From Auanema rhodensis (Eukaryota; Animalia; Nematoda): a stretch of 64,000 bases of DNA. The notes beneath the pieces were generated by a model. The model was given only the letters and a program-made list of their open reading frames with translations. It made no database searches and was not told the DNA's origin. Positions 1 through 12,200 of this stretch are shown here, piece by piece. Both the position numbers and the translations under genes were made by a program. Positions within the stretch are counted from its first letter, which is position 1; each line of letters begins with the position of its first letter. Where the stretch lies: NCBI GenBank assembly GCA_964057225.1, contig OZ059900.1:7626001-7690000 (forward strand), in the 5' to 3' direction.

Positions 1-348
1 TTGATCTTAAGCATATTTTTTTCTTCTAAAACGACTAAATGTATGAAATACTGTCATAGAATGTTCATATAGGTGTATTTTGCACGAATATCAAAACTGA
101 TTGAAATATGGGCCTTTTTATGCTCAAAACGCCATATATTCAACGATTTTGGGTACAAAACATGTGAAAACTGTATGTTTTGATCAGACCCTTTGAGATA
201 TGGATTTGAAATTCAGGATTCATAAACTTTGACTATTTTTACATATATATGTTCAATTTTAACCACTTTGGTCAAAAAGGACCGAAAATATCAAGAATTA
301 TTGGTTTTTTGGGGTTTGAAGGGCATTTTGGCTAAATCAGTCAAACTT
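1..348. repeat. Representative 348-bp monomer (arbitrary phase)
   Basis: Seen: contains an AflII site CTTAAG (6-11), PciI ACATGT (160-165), BclI TGATCA (181-186), the 12-bp palindrome ACATATATATGT (241-252), many A4-5/T4-7 tracts and 5 CpGs. Confidence 0.97.
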
Positions 349-3300
349 TTGATCTTAAGCATATTTTTTTCTTCTAAAACGACTAAATGTATGAAATACT
401 GTCATAGAATGTTCATATAGGTGTATTTTGCACGAATATCAAAACTGATTGAAATATGGGCCTTTTTATGCTCAAAACGCCATATATTCAACGATTTTGG
501 GTACAAAACATGTGAAAACGGTATGTTTTGATCAGACCCTTTGAGATATGGATTTGAAATTCAGGATTCATAAACTTTGACTATTTTTACATATATATGT
601 CCAATTTTAACCACTTTGGTCAAAAAGGACCGAAAATATCAAGAATTATTGGTTTTTTGGGGATTGAAGGGCATTTTGGCAAAATCAGTCAAACTTTTGA
701 TCTTAAGCATATTTTTTTCTTCTAAAACGACTAAATGTATGAAATACTGTCATAGAATGTTCATATAGGTGTATTTTGCACGAATATCAAAACTGATTGA
801 AATATGGGCCTTTTTATGCTCAAAACGCCATATATTCAACGATTTTGGGTACAAAACATGTGAAAACTGTATGTTTTGATCAGACCCTTTGAGATATGGA
901 TTTGAAATTCAGGATTCATAAACTTTGACTATTTTTACATATATATGTTCAATTTTAACCACTTTGGTCAAGAAGGACCGAAAATATCAAGAATTATTGG
1001 TTTTTTGGGGTTTGAAGGGCATTTTGGCAAAATCAGTCAAACTTTTGATCTTAAGCATATTTTTTTCTTCTAAAACGACTAAATGTATGAAATACTGTCA
1101 TAGAATGTTCATATAGGTGTATTTTGCACGAATATCAAAACTGATTGAAATATGGGCCTTTTTATGCTCAAAACGCCATATATTCAACGATTTTGGGTAC
1201 AAAACATGTGAAAACTGTATGTTTTGATCAGACCCTTTGAGATATGGATTTGAAATTCAGGATTCATAAACTTTGACTATTTCTACATATATATGTCCAA
1301 TTTTAACCACTTTGGTCAAAAAGGCCCGAAAATATCAAGAATTATTGGTTTTTTGGGGTTTGAAGGGCATTTTGGCAAAATCAGTCAAACTTTTGATCTT
1401 AAGCATATTTTTTTCTTCTAAAACGACTAAATGTATGAAATACTGTCAAAGAATGTTCATATAGGTGTATTTTGCACGAACATCAAAACTGATTGAAATA
1501 TGGGCCTTTTTATGCTCAAAACGCCATATATTCAACGATTTTGGGTACAAAACATGTGAAAACTGTATGTTTTGATCAGACCCTTTGAGATATGGATTTG
1601 AAATTCAGGATTCATAAACTTTGACTATTTCTACATATATATGTCCAATTTTAACCACTTTGGTCAAAAAGGCCCGAAAATATCAAGAATTATTGGTTTT
1701 TTGGGGTTTGAAGGGCATTTTGGCAAAATCAGTCAAACTTTTGATCTTAAGCATATTTTTTTCTTCTAAAACGACTAAATGTATGAAATACTGTCAAAGA
1801 ATGTTCATATAGGTGTATTTTGCACAAATATCAAAACTGATTGAAATATGGGCCTTTTTATGCTCAAAACGCCATATATTCAACGATTTTGGGTACAAAA
1901 CATGTGAAAACTGTATGTTTTGATCAGACCCTTTGAGATATGGATTTGAAATTCAGGATTCATAAACTTTGACTATTTTTACATATATATGTCCAATTTT
2001 AACCACTTTGGTCGAAAAGGACCGAAAATATCAAGAATTATTGGTTTTTTGGGGATTGAAGGGCATTTTGGCAAAATCAGTCAAACTTTTGATCTTAAGC
2101 ATATTTTTTTCTTCTAAAACGACTAAATGTATGAAATACTGTCATAGAATGTTCATATAGGTGTATTTTGCACGAATATCAAAACTGATTGAAATATGGG
2201 CCTTTTTATGTTCAAAACGCCATATATTCAACGATTTTGGGTACAAAACATGTGAAAACTGTATGTTTTGATCAGACCCTTTGAGATATGGATTTGAAAT
2301 TCAGGATTCATAAACTTTGACTATTTTTACATATATATGTCCAATTTCAACCACTTTGGTCGAAAAGGACCGAAAATATCAAGAATTATTGGTTTTTTGG
2401 GGATTGAAGGGCATTTTGGCAAAATCAGTCAAACTTTTGATCTTAAGCATATTTTTTTCTTCTAAAACGACTAAATGTATGAAATACTGTCATGGAATGT
2501 TCATATAGGTGTATTTTGCACGAATATCAAAACTGATTGAAATATGGGCCTTTTTATGTTCAAAACGCCATATATTCAACGATTTTGGGTACAAAACATG
2601 TGAAAACTGTATGTTTTGATCAGACCCTTTGAGATATGGATTTGAAATTCAGGATTCATAAACTTTGACTATTTTTACATATATTTGTCCAATTTTAACC
2701 ACTTTGGTCAAAAAGGACCGAAAATATCAAGAATTATTGGTTTTTTGGGGTTTGAAGGGCATTTTGGCTGAATCAGTCAAACTTTTGATCTTAAGCATTT
2801 TTTTTTCTTCTAAAACGACTAAATGTATGAAATACTGTCATAGAATGTTCATATAGGTGTATTTTGCACGAATATCAAAACTGATTGAAATATGGGCCTT
2901 TTTATGCTCAAAACGCCATATATTCAACGATTTTGGGTACAAAACATGTGAAAACGGTATGTTTTGATCAGACCCTTTGAGATATGGATTTGAAATTCAG
3001 GATTCATAAACTTTGACTATTTTTACATATATATGTCCAATTTTAACCACTTTGGTCAAAAAGGACCGAAAATATCAAGAATTATTGGTTTTTTGGGGAT
3101 TGAAGGGCATTTTGGCAAAATCAGTCAAACTTTTGATCTTAAGCATATTTTTTTCTTCTAAAACGACTAAATGTATGAAATACTGTCATAGAATGTTCAT
3201 ATAGGTGTATTTTGCACGAATATCAAAACTGATTGAAATATGGGCCTTTTTATGCTCAAAACGCCATATATTCAACGATTTTGGGTACAAAACATGTGAA

Positions 3301-4250
3301 AACTGTATGTTTTGATCAGACCCTTTGAGATATGGATTTGAAATTCAGGATTCATAAACTTTGACTATTTTTACATATATATGTTCAATTTTAACCACTT
3401 TGGTCAAAAAGGACCGAAAATATCAAGAATTATTGGTTTTTTGGGGTTTGAAGGGCATTTTGGCTAAATCAGTCAAACTTTTGATCTTAAGCATATTTTT
3501 TTCTTCTAAAACGACTAAATGTATGAAATACTGTCATAGAATGTTCATATAGGTGTATTTTGCACGAATATCAAAACTGATTGAAATATGGGCCTTTTTA
3601 TGCTCAAAACGCCATATATTCAACGATTTTGGGTACAAAACATGTGAAAACTGTATGTTTTGATCAGACCCTTTGAGATATGGATTTGAAATTCAGGATT
3701 CATAAACTTTGACTATTTCTACATATATATGTCCAATTTTAACCACTTTGGTCAAAAAGGCCCGAAAATATCAAGAATTATTGGTTTTTTGGGGTTTGAA
3801 GGGCATTTTGGCAAAATCAGTCAAACTTTTGATCTTAAGCATATTTTTTTCTTCTAAAACGACTAAATGTATGAAATACTGTCAAAGAATGTTCATATAG
3901 GTGTATTTTGCACGAACATCAAAACTGATTGAAATATGGGCCTTTTTATGCTCAAAACGCCATATATTCAACGATTTTGGGTACAAAACATGTGAAAACT
4001 GTATGTTTTGATCAGACCCTTTGAGATATGGATTTGAAATTCAGGATTCATAAACTTTGACTATTTCTACATATATATGTCCAATTTTAACCACTTTGGT
4101 CAAAAAGGCCCGAAAATATCAAGAATTATTGGTTTTTTGGGGTTTGAAGGGCATTTTGGCAAAATCAGTCAAACTTTTGATCTTAAGCATATTTTTTTCT
4201 TCTAAAACGACTAAATGTATGAAATACTGTCAAAGAATGTTCATATAGGT
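229..4250. repeat. Diverged 7-monomer (2436-bp) block duplication
   Basis: Rare variants AAAACGGTAT at 520 and 2956, and GAACATC at 1481 and 3917, are each 2436 bp apart. The order of monomer types matches, with several private differences. Boundaries are approximate. Confidence 0.7.
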
Positions 4251-6231
4251 GTATTTTGCACGAATATCAAAACTGATTGAAATATGGGCCTTTTTATGCT
4301 CAAAACGCCATATATTCAACGATTTTGGGTACAAAACATGTGAAAACTGTATGTTTTGATCAGACCCTTTGAGATATGGATTTGAAATTCAGGATTCATA
4401 AACTTTGACTATTTCTACATATATATGTCCAATTTTAACCACTTTGGTCAAAAAGGCCCGAAAATATCAAGAATTATTGGTTTTTTGGGGTTTGAAGGGC
4501 ATTTTGGCAAAATCAGTCAAACTTTTGATCTTAAGCATATTTTTTTCTTCTAAAACGACTAAATGTATGAAATACTGTCATAGAATGTTCATATAGGTGT
4601 ATTTTGCACGAATATCAAAACTGATTGAAATATGGGCCTTTTTATGTTCAAAACGCCATATATTCAACGATTTTGGGTACAAAACATGTGAAAACTGTAT
4701 GTTTTGATCAGACCCTTTGAGATATGGATTTGAAATTCAGGATTCATAAACTTTGACTATTTTTACATATATATGTCCAATTTTAACCACTTTGGTCAAA
4801 AAGGACCGAAAATATCAAGAATTATTGGTTTTTTGGGGATTGAAGGGCATTTTGGCAAAATCAGTCAAACTTTTGATCTTAAGCATATTTTTTTCTTCTA
4901 AAACGACTAAATGTATGAAATACTGTCAAAGAATGTTCATATAGGTGTATTTTGCACGAATATCAAAACTGATTGAAATATGGGCCTTTTTATGCTCAAA
5001 ACGCCATATATTCAACGATTTTGGGTACAAAACATGTGAAAACTGTATGTTTTGATCAGACCCTTTGAGATATGGATTTGAAATTCAGGATTCATAAACT
5101 TTGACTATTTCTACATATATATGTCCAATTTTAACCACTTTGGTCAAAAAGGCCCGAAAATATCAAGAATTATTGGTTTTTTGGGGTTTGAAGGGCATTT
5201 TGGCAAAATCAGTCAAACTTTTGATCTTAAGCATATTTTTTTCTTCTAAAACGACTAAATGTATGAAATACTGTCATAGAATGTTCATATAGGTGTATTT
5301 TGCACGAATATCAAAACTGATTGAAATATGGGCCTTTTTATGTTCAAAACGCCATATATTCAACGATTTTGGGTACAAAACATGTGAAAACTGTATGTTT
5401 TGATCAGACCCTTTGAGATATGGATTTGAAATTCAGGATTCATAAACTTTGACTATTTTTACATATATATGTCCAATTTTAACCACTTTGGTCAAAAAGG
5501 ACCGAAAATATCAAGAATTATTGGTTTTTTGGGGATTGAAGGGCATTTTGGCAAAATCAGTCAAACTTTTGATCTTAAGCATATTTTTTTCTTCTAAAAC
5601 GACTAAATGTATGAAATACTGTCAAAGAATGTTCATATAGGTGTATTTTGCACGAATATCAAAACTGATTGAAATATGGGCCTTTTTATGCTCAAAACGC
5701 CATATATTCAACGATTTTGGGTACAAAACATGTGAAAACTGTATGTTTTGATCAGACCCTTTGAGATATGGATTTGAAATTCAGGATTCATAAACTTTGA
5801 CTATTTCTACATATATATGTCCAATTTTAACCACTTTGGTCAAAAAGGCCCGAAAATATCAAGAATTATTGGTTTTTTGGGGTTTGAAGGGCATTTTGGC
5901 AAAATCAGTCAAACTTTTGATCTTAAGCATATTTTTTTCTTCTAAAACGACTAAATGTATGAAATACTGTCAAAGAATGTTCATATAGGTGTATTTTGCA
6001 CGAATATCAAAACTGATTGAAATATGGGCCTTTTTATGCTCAAAACGCCATATATTCAACGATTTTGGGTACAAAACATGTGAAAACTGTATGTTTTGAT
6101 CAGACCCTTTGAGATATGGATTTGAAATTCAGGATTCATAAACTTTGACTATTTTTACATATATATGTCCAATTTTAACCACTTTGGTCGAAAAGGACCG
6201 AAAATATCAAGAATTATTGGTTTTTTGGGGA

Positions 6232-9200
6232 TTGAAGGGCATTTTGGCAAAATCAGTCAAACTTTTGATCTTAAGCATATTTTTTTCTTCTAAAACGACT
6301 AAATGTATGAAATACTGTCATAGAATGTTCATATAGGTGTATTTTGCACGAATATCAAAACTGATTGAAATATGGGCCTTTTTATGTTCAAAACGCCATA
6401 TATTCAACGATTTTGGGTACAAAACATGTGAAAACTGTATGTTTTGATCAGACCCTTTGAGATATGGATTTGAAATTCAGGATTCATAAACTTTGACTAT
6501 TTTTACATATATATGTTCAATTTTAACCACTTTGGTCGAAAAGGACCGAAAATATCAAGAATTATTGGTTTTTTGGGGATTGAAGGGCATTTTGGCAAAA
6601 TCAGTCAAACTTTTGATCTTAAGCATATTTTTTTCTTCTAAAACGACTAAATGTATGAAATACTGTCATAGAATGTTCATATAGGTGTATTTTGCACGAA
6701 TATCAAAACTGATTGAAATATGGGCCTTTTTATGTTCAAAACGCCATATATTCAACGATTTTGGGTACAAAACATGTGAAAACTGTATGTTTTGATCAGA
6801 CCCTTTGAGATATGGATTTGAAATTCAGGATTCATAAACTTTGACTATTTCTACATATATATGTCCAATTTTAACCACTTTGGTCAAAAAGGACCGAAAA
6901 TATCAAGAATTATTGGTTTTTTGGGGTTTGAAGGGCATTTTGGCAAAATCAGTCAAACTTTTGATCTTAAGCATATTTTTTTCTTCTAAAACGACTAAAT
7001 GTATGAAATACTGTCAAAGAATGTTCATATAGGTGTATTTTGCACGAACATCAAAACTGATTGAAATATGGGCCTTTTTATGCTCAAAACGCCATATATT
7101 CAACGATTTTGGGTACAAAACATGTGAAAACTGTATGTTTTGATCAGACCCTTTGAGATATGGATTTGAAATTCAGGATTCATAAACTTTGACTATTTCT
7201 ACATATATATGTCCAATTTTAACCACTTTGGTCAAAAAGGCCCGAAAATATCAAGAATTATTGGTTTTTTGGGGTTTGAAGGGCATTTTGGCAAAATCAG
7301 TCAAACTTTTGATCTTAAGCATATTTTTTTCTTCTAAAACGACTAAATGTATGAAATACTGTCAAAGAATGTTCATATAGGTGTATTTTGCACGAATATC
7401 AAAACTGATTGAAATATGGGCCTTTTTATGCTCAAAACGCCATATATTCAACGATTTTGGGTACAAAACATGTGAAAACTGTATGTTTTGATCAGACCCT
7501 TTGAGATATGGATTTGAAATTCAGGATTCATAAACTTTGACTATTTCTACATATATATGTCCAATTTTAACCACTTTGGTCAAAAAGGCCCGAAAATATC
7601 AAGAATTATTGGTTTTTTGGGGTTTGAAGGGCATTTTGGCAAAATCAGTCAAACTTTTGATCTTAAGCATATTTTTTTCTTCTAAAACGACTAAATGTAT
7701 GAAATACTGTCATAGAATGTTCATATAGGTGTATTTTGCACGAATATCAAAACTGATTGAAATATGGGCCTTTTTATGTTCAAAACGCCATATATTCAAC
7801 GATTTTGGGTACAAAACATGTGAAAACTGTATGTTTTGATCAGACCCTTTGAGATATGGATTTGAAATTCAGGATTCATAAACTTTGACTATTTTTACAT
7901 ATATATGTCCAATTTTAACCACTTTGGTCAAAAAGGACCGAAAATATCAAGAATTATTGGTTTTTTGGGGATTGAAGGGCATTTTGGCAAAATCAGTCAA
8001 ACTTTTGATCTTAAGCATATTTTTTTCTTCTAAAACGACTAAATGTATGAAATACTGTCAAAGAATGTTCATATAGGTGTATTTTGCACGAATATCAAAA
8101 CTGATTGAAATATGGGCCTTTTTATGCTCAAAACGCCATATATTCAACGATTTTGGGTACAAAACATGTGAAAACTGTATGTTTTGATCAGACCCTTTGA
8201 GATATGGATTTGAAATTCAGGATTCATAAACTTTGACTATTTCTACATATATATGTCCAATTTTAACCACTTTGGTCAAAAAGGCCCGAAAATATCAAGA
8301 ATTATTGGTTTTTTGGGGTTTGAAGGGCATTTTGGCAAAATCAGTCAAACTTTTGATCTTAAGCATATTTTTTTCTTCTAAAACGACTAAATGTATGAAA
8401 TACTGTCAAAGAATGTTCATATAGGTGTATTTTGCACGAATATCAAAACTGATTGAAATATGGGCCTTTTTATGCTCAAAACGCCATATATTCAACGATT
8501 TTGGGTACAAAACATGTGAAAACTGTATGTTTTGATCAGACCCTTTGAGATATGGATTTGAAATTCAGGATTCATAAACTTTGACTATTTTTACATATAT
8601 ATGTCCAATTTTAACCACTTTGGTCGAAAAGGACCGAAAATATCAAGAATTATTGGTTTTTTGGGGATTGAAGGGCATTTTGGCAAAATCAGTCAAACTT
8701 TTGATCTTAAGCATATTTTTTTCTTCTAAAACGACTAAATGTATGAAATACTGTCATAGAATGTTCATATAGGTGTATTTTGCACGAATATCAAAACTGA
8801 TTGAAATATGGGCCTTTTTATGTTCAAAACGCCATATATTCAACGATTTTGGGTACAAAACATGTGAAAACTGTATGTTTTGATCAGACCCTTTGAGATA
8901 TGGATTTGAAATTCAGGATTCATAAACTTTGACTATTTTTACATATATATGTCCAATTTTAACCACTTTGGTCAAAAAGGACCGAAAATATCAAGAATTA
9001 TTGGTTTTTTGGGGATTGAAGGGCATTTTGGCAAAATCAGTCAAACTTTTGATCTTAAGCATATTTTTTTCTTCTAAAACGACTAAATGTATGAAATACT
9101 GTCAAAGAATGTTCATATAGGTGTATTTTGCACGAATATCAAAACTGATTGAAATATGGGCCTTTTTATGCTCAAAACGCCATATATTCAACGATTTTGG

Positions 9201-12200
9201 GTACAAAACATGTGAAAACTGTATGTTTTGATCAGACCCTTTGAGATATGGATTTGAAATTCAGGATTCATAAACTTTGACTATTTCTACATATATATGT
9301 CCAATTTTAACCACTTTGGTCAAAAAGGCCCGAAAATATCAAGAATTATTGGTTTTTTGGGGTTTGAAGGGCATTTTGGCAAAATCAGTCAAACTTTTGA
9401 TCTTAAGCATATTTTTTTCTTCTAAAACGACTAAATGTATGAAATACTGTCAAAGAATGTTCATATAGGTGTATTTTGCACGAATATCAAAACTGATTGA
9501 AATATGGGCCTTTTTATGCTCAAAACGCCATATATTCAACGATTTTGGGTACAAAACATGTGAAAACTGTATGTTTTGATCAGACCCTTTGAGATATGGA
9601 TTTGAAATTCAGGATTCATAAACTTTGACTATTTTTACATATATATGTCCAATTTTAACCACTTTGGTCGAAAAGGACCGAAAATATCAAGAATTATTGG
9701 TTTTTTGGGGATTGAAGGGCATTTTGGCAAAATCAGTCAAACTTTTGATCTTAAGCATATTTTTTTCTTCTAAAACGACTAAATGTATGAAATACTGTCA
9801 TAGAATGTTCATATAGGTGTATTTTGCACGAATATCAAAACTGATTGAAATATGGGCCTTTTTATGCTCAAAACGCCATATATTCAACGATTTTGGGTAC
9901 AAAACATGTGAAAACTGTATGTTTTGATCAGACCCTTTGAGATATGGATTTGAAATTCAGGATTCATAAACTTTGACTATTTTTACATATATATGTTCAA
10001 TTTTAACCACTTTGGTCAAAAAGGACCGAAAATATCAAGAATTATTGGTTTTTTGGGGTTTGAAGGGCATTTTGGCAAAATCAGTCAAACTTTTGAGCTT
10101 AAGCATATTTTTTTCTTCTAAAACGACTAAATGTATGAAATACTGTCAAAGAATGTTCATATAGGTGTATTTTGCACGAATATCAAAACTGATTGAAATA
10201 TGGGCCTTTTTATGCTCAAAACGCCATATATTCAACGATTTTGGGTACAAAACATGTGAAAACTGTATGTTTTGATCAGACCCTTTGAGATATGGATTTG
10301 AAATTCAGGATTCATAAACTTTGACTATTTTTACATATATATGTTCAATTGTAACCACTTTGGTCAAAAAGGACCGAAAATATCAAGAATTATTGGTTTT
10401 TTGGGGTTTGAAGGGCATTTTGGCTAAATCAGTCAAACTTTTGATCTTAAGCATATTTTTTTCTTCTAAAACGACTAAATGTATGAAATACTGTCATAGA
10501 ATGTTGATATAGGTGTATTTTGCACGAATATCAAAACTGATTGAAATATGGGCCTTTTTATGCTCAAAACGCCATATATTCAACGATTTTGGGTACAAAA
10601 CATGTGAAAACTGTATGTTTTGATCAGACCCTTTGAGATATGGATTTGGAATTCAGGATTCATAAACTTTGACTATTTTTACATATATATGTTCAATTTT
10701 AACCACTTTGGTCAAAAAGGACCGAAAATATCAAGAATTATTGGTTTTTTGGGGTTTGAAGGGCATTTTGGCAAAATCAGTCAAACTTTTGATCTTAAGC
10801 ATATTTTTTTCTTCTAAAACGACTAAATGTATGAAATACTGTCATAGAATGTTCATATAGGTGTATTTTGCACGAATATCAAAACTGATTGAAATATGGG
10901 CCTTTTTATGTTCAAAACGCCATATATTCAACGATTTTGGGTACAAAACATGTGAAAACTGTATGTTTTGATCAGACCCTTTGAGATATGGATTTGAAAT
11001 TCAGGATTCATAAACTTTGACTATTTTTACATATATATGTTCAATTTTAACCACTTTGGTCGAAAAGGACCGAAAATATCAAGAATTATTGGTTTTTTGG
11101 GGATTGAAGGGCATTTTGGCAAAATCAGTCAAACTTTTGATCTTAAGCATATTTTTTTCTTCTAAAACGACTAAATGTATGAAATACTGTCATAGAATGT
11201 TCATATAGGTGTATTTTGCACGAATATCAAAACTGATTGAAATATGGGCCTTTTTATGTTCAAAACGCCATATATTCAACGATTTTGGGTACAAAACATG
11301 TGAAAACTGTATGTTTTGATCAGACCCTTTGAGATATGGATTTGAAATTCAGGATTCATAAACTTTGACTATTTCTACATATATATGTCCAATTTTAACC
11401 ACTTTGGTCAAAAAGGACCGAAAATATCAAGAATTATTGGTTTTTTGGGGTTTGAAGGGCATTTTGGCAAAATCAGTCAAACTTTTGATCTTAAGCATAT
11501 TTTTTTCTTCTAAAACGACTAAATGTATGAAATACTGTCAAAGAATGTTCATATAGGTGTATTTTGCACGAACATCAAAACTGATTGAAATATGGGCCTT
11601 TTTATGCTCAAAACGCCATATATTCAACGATTTTGGGTACAAAACATGTGAAAACTGTATGTTTTGATCAGACCCTTTGAGATATGGATTTGAAATTCAG
11701 GATTCATAAACTTTGACTATTTCTACATATATATGTCCAATTTTAACCACTTTGGTCAAAAAGGCCCGAAAATATCAAGAATTATTGGTTTTTTGGGGTT
11801 TGAAGGGCATTTTGGCAAAATCAGTCAAACTTTTGATCTTAAGCATATTTTTTTCTTCTAAAACGACTAAATGTATGAAATACTGTCAAAGAATGTTCAT
11901 ATAGGTGTATTTTGCACGAATATCAAAACTGATTGAAATATGGGCCTTTTTATGCTCAAAACGCCATATATTCAACGATTTTGGGTACAAAACATGTGAA
12001 AACTGTATGTTTTGATCAGACCCTTTGAGATATGGATTTGAAATTCAGGATTCATAAACTTTGACTATTTCTACATATATATGTCCAATTTTAACCACTT
12101 TGGTCAAAAAGGCCCGAAAATATCAAGAATTATTGGTTTTTTGGGGTTTGAAGGGCATTTTGGCAAAATCAGTCAAACTTTTGATCTTAAGCATATTTTT

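Noticed and set aside
132-148. CENP-B box-like motif (CCATATATTCAACGATT against the reverse-complement box)
   Set aside because: Only the CAACGA core matches (about 9/17). The essential CCCG/CGGG block is missing.
305-331. Telomere-like TTTTGGGG or a G-quadruplex motif
   Set aside because: There is one copy per monomer, not a tandem run, and only two nearby G3+ runs, which is too few for a canonical G4.
1-348. 5S rRNA, tRNA, snRNA or spliced-leader tandem gene unit
   Set aside because: At 30% GC, I recognise no conserved RNA gene sequence, Pol III boxes or cloverleaf. An Rfam/Infernal scan would be decisive.
1-348. Assignment to known ~350-360-bp satellites (e.g. Drosophila 359-bp 1.688, Tribolium TCAST1)
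   Set aside because: Only length and AT richness are similar. I cannot verify sequence homology without a search.
224-349. MITE-like terminal inverted repeats, or TTGACT as a promoter or W-box site
   Set aside because: The 11-bp imperfect inverted pair has no target-site duplication, and short motifs are expected by chance with no gene nearby.
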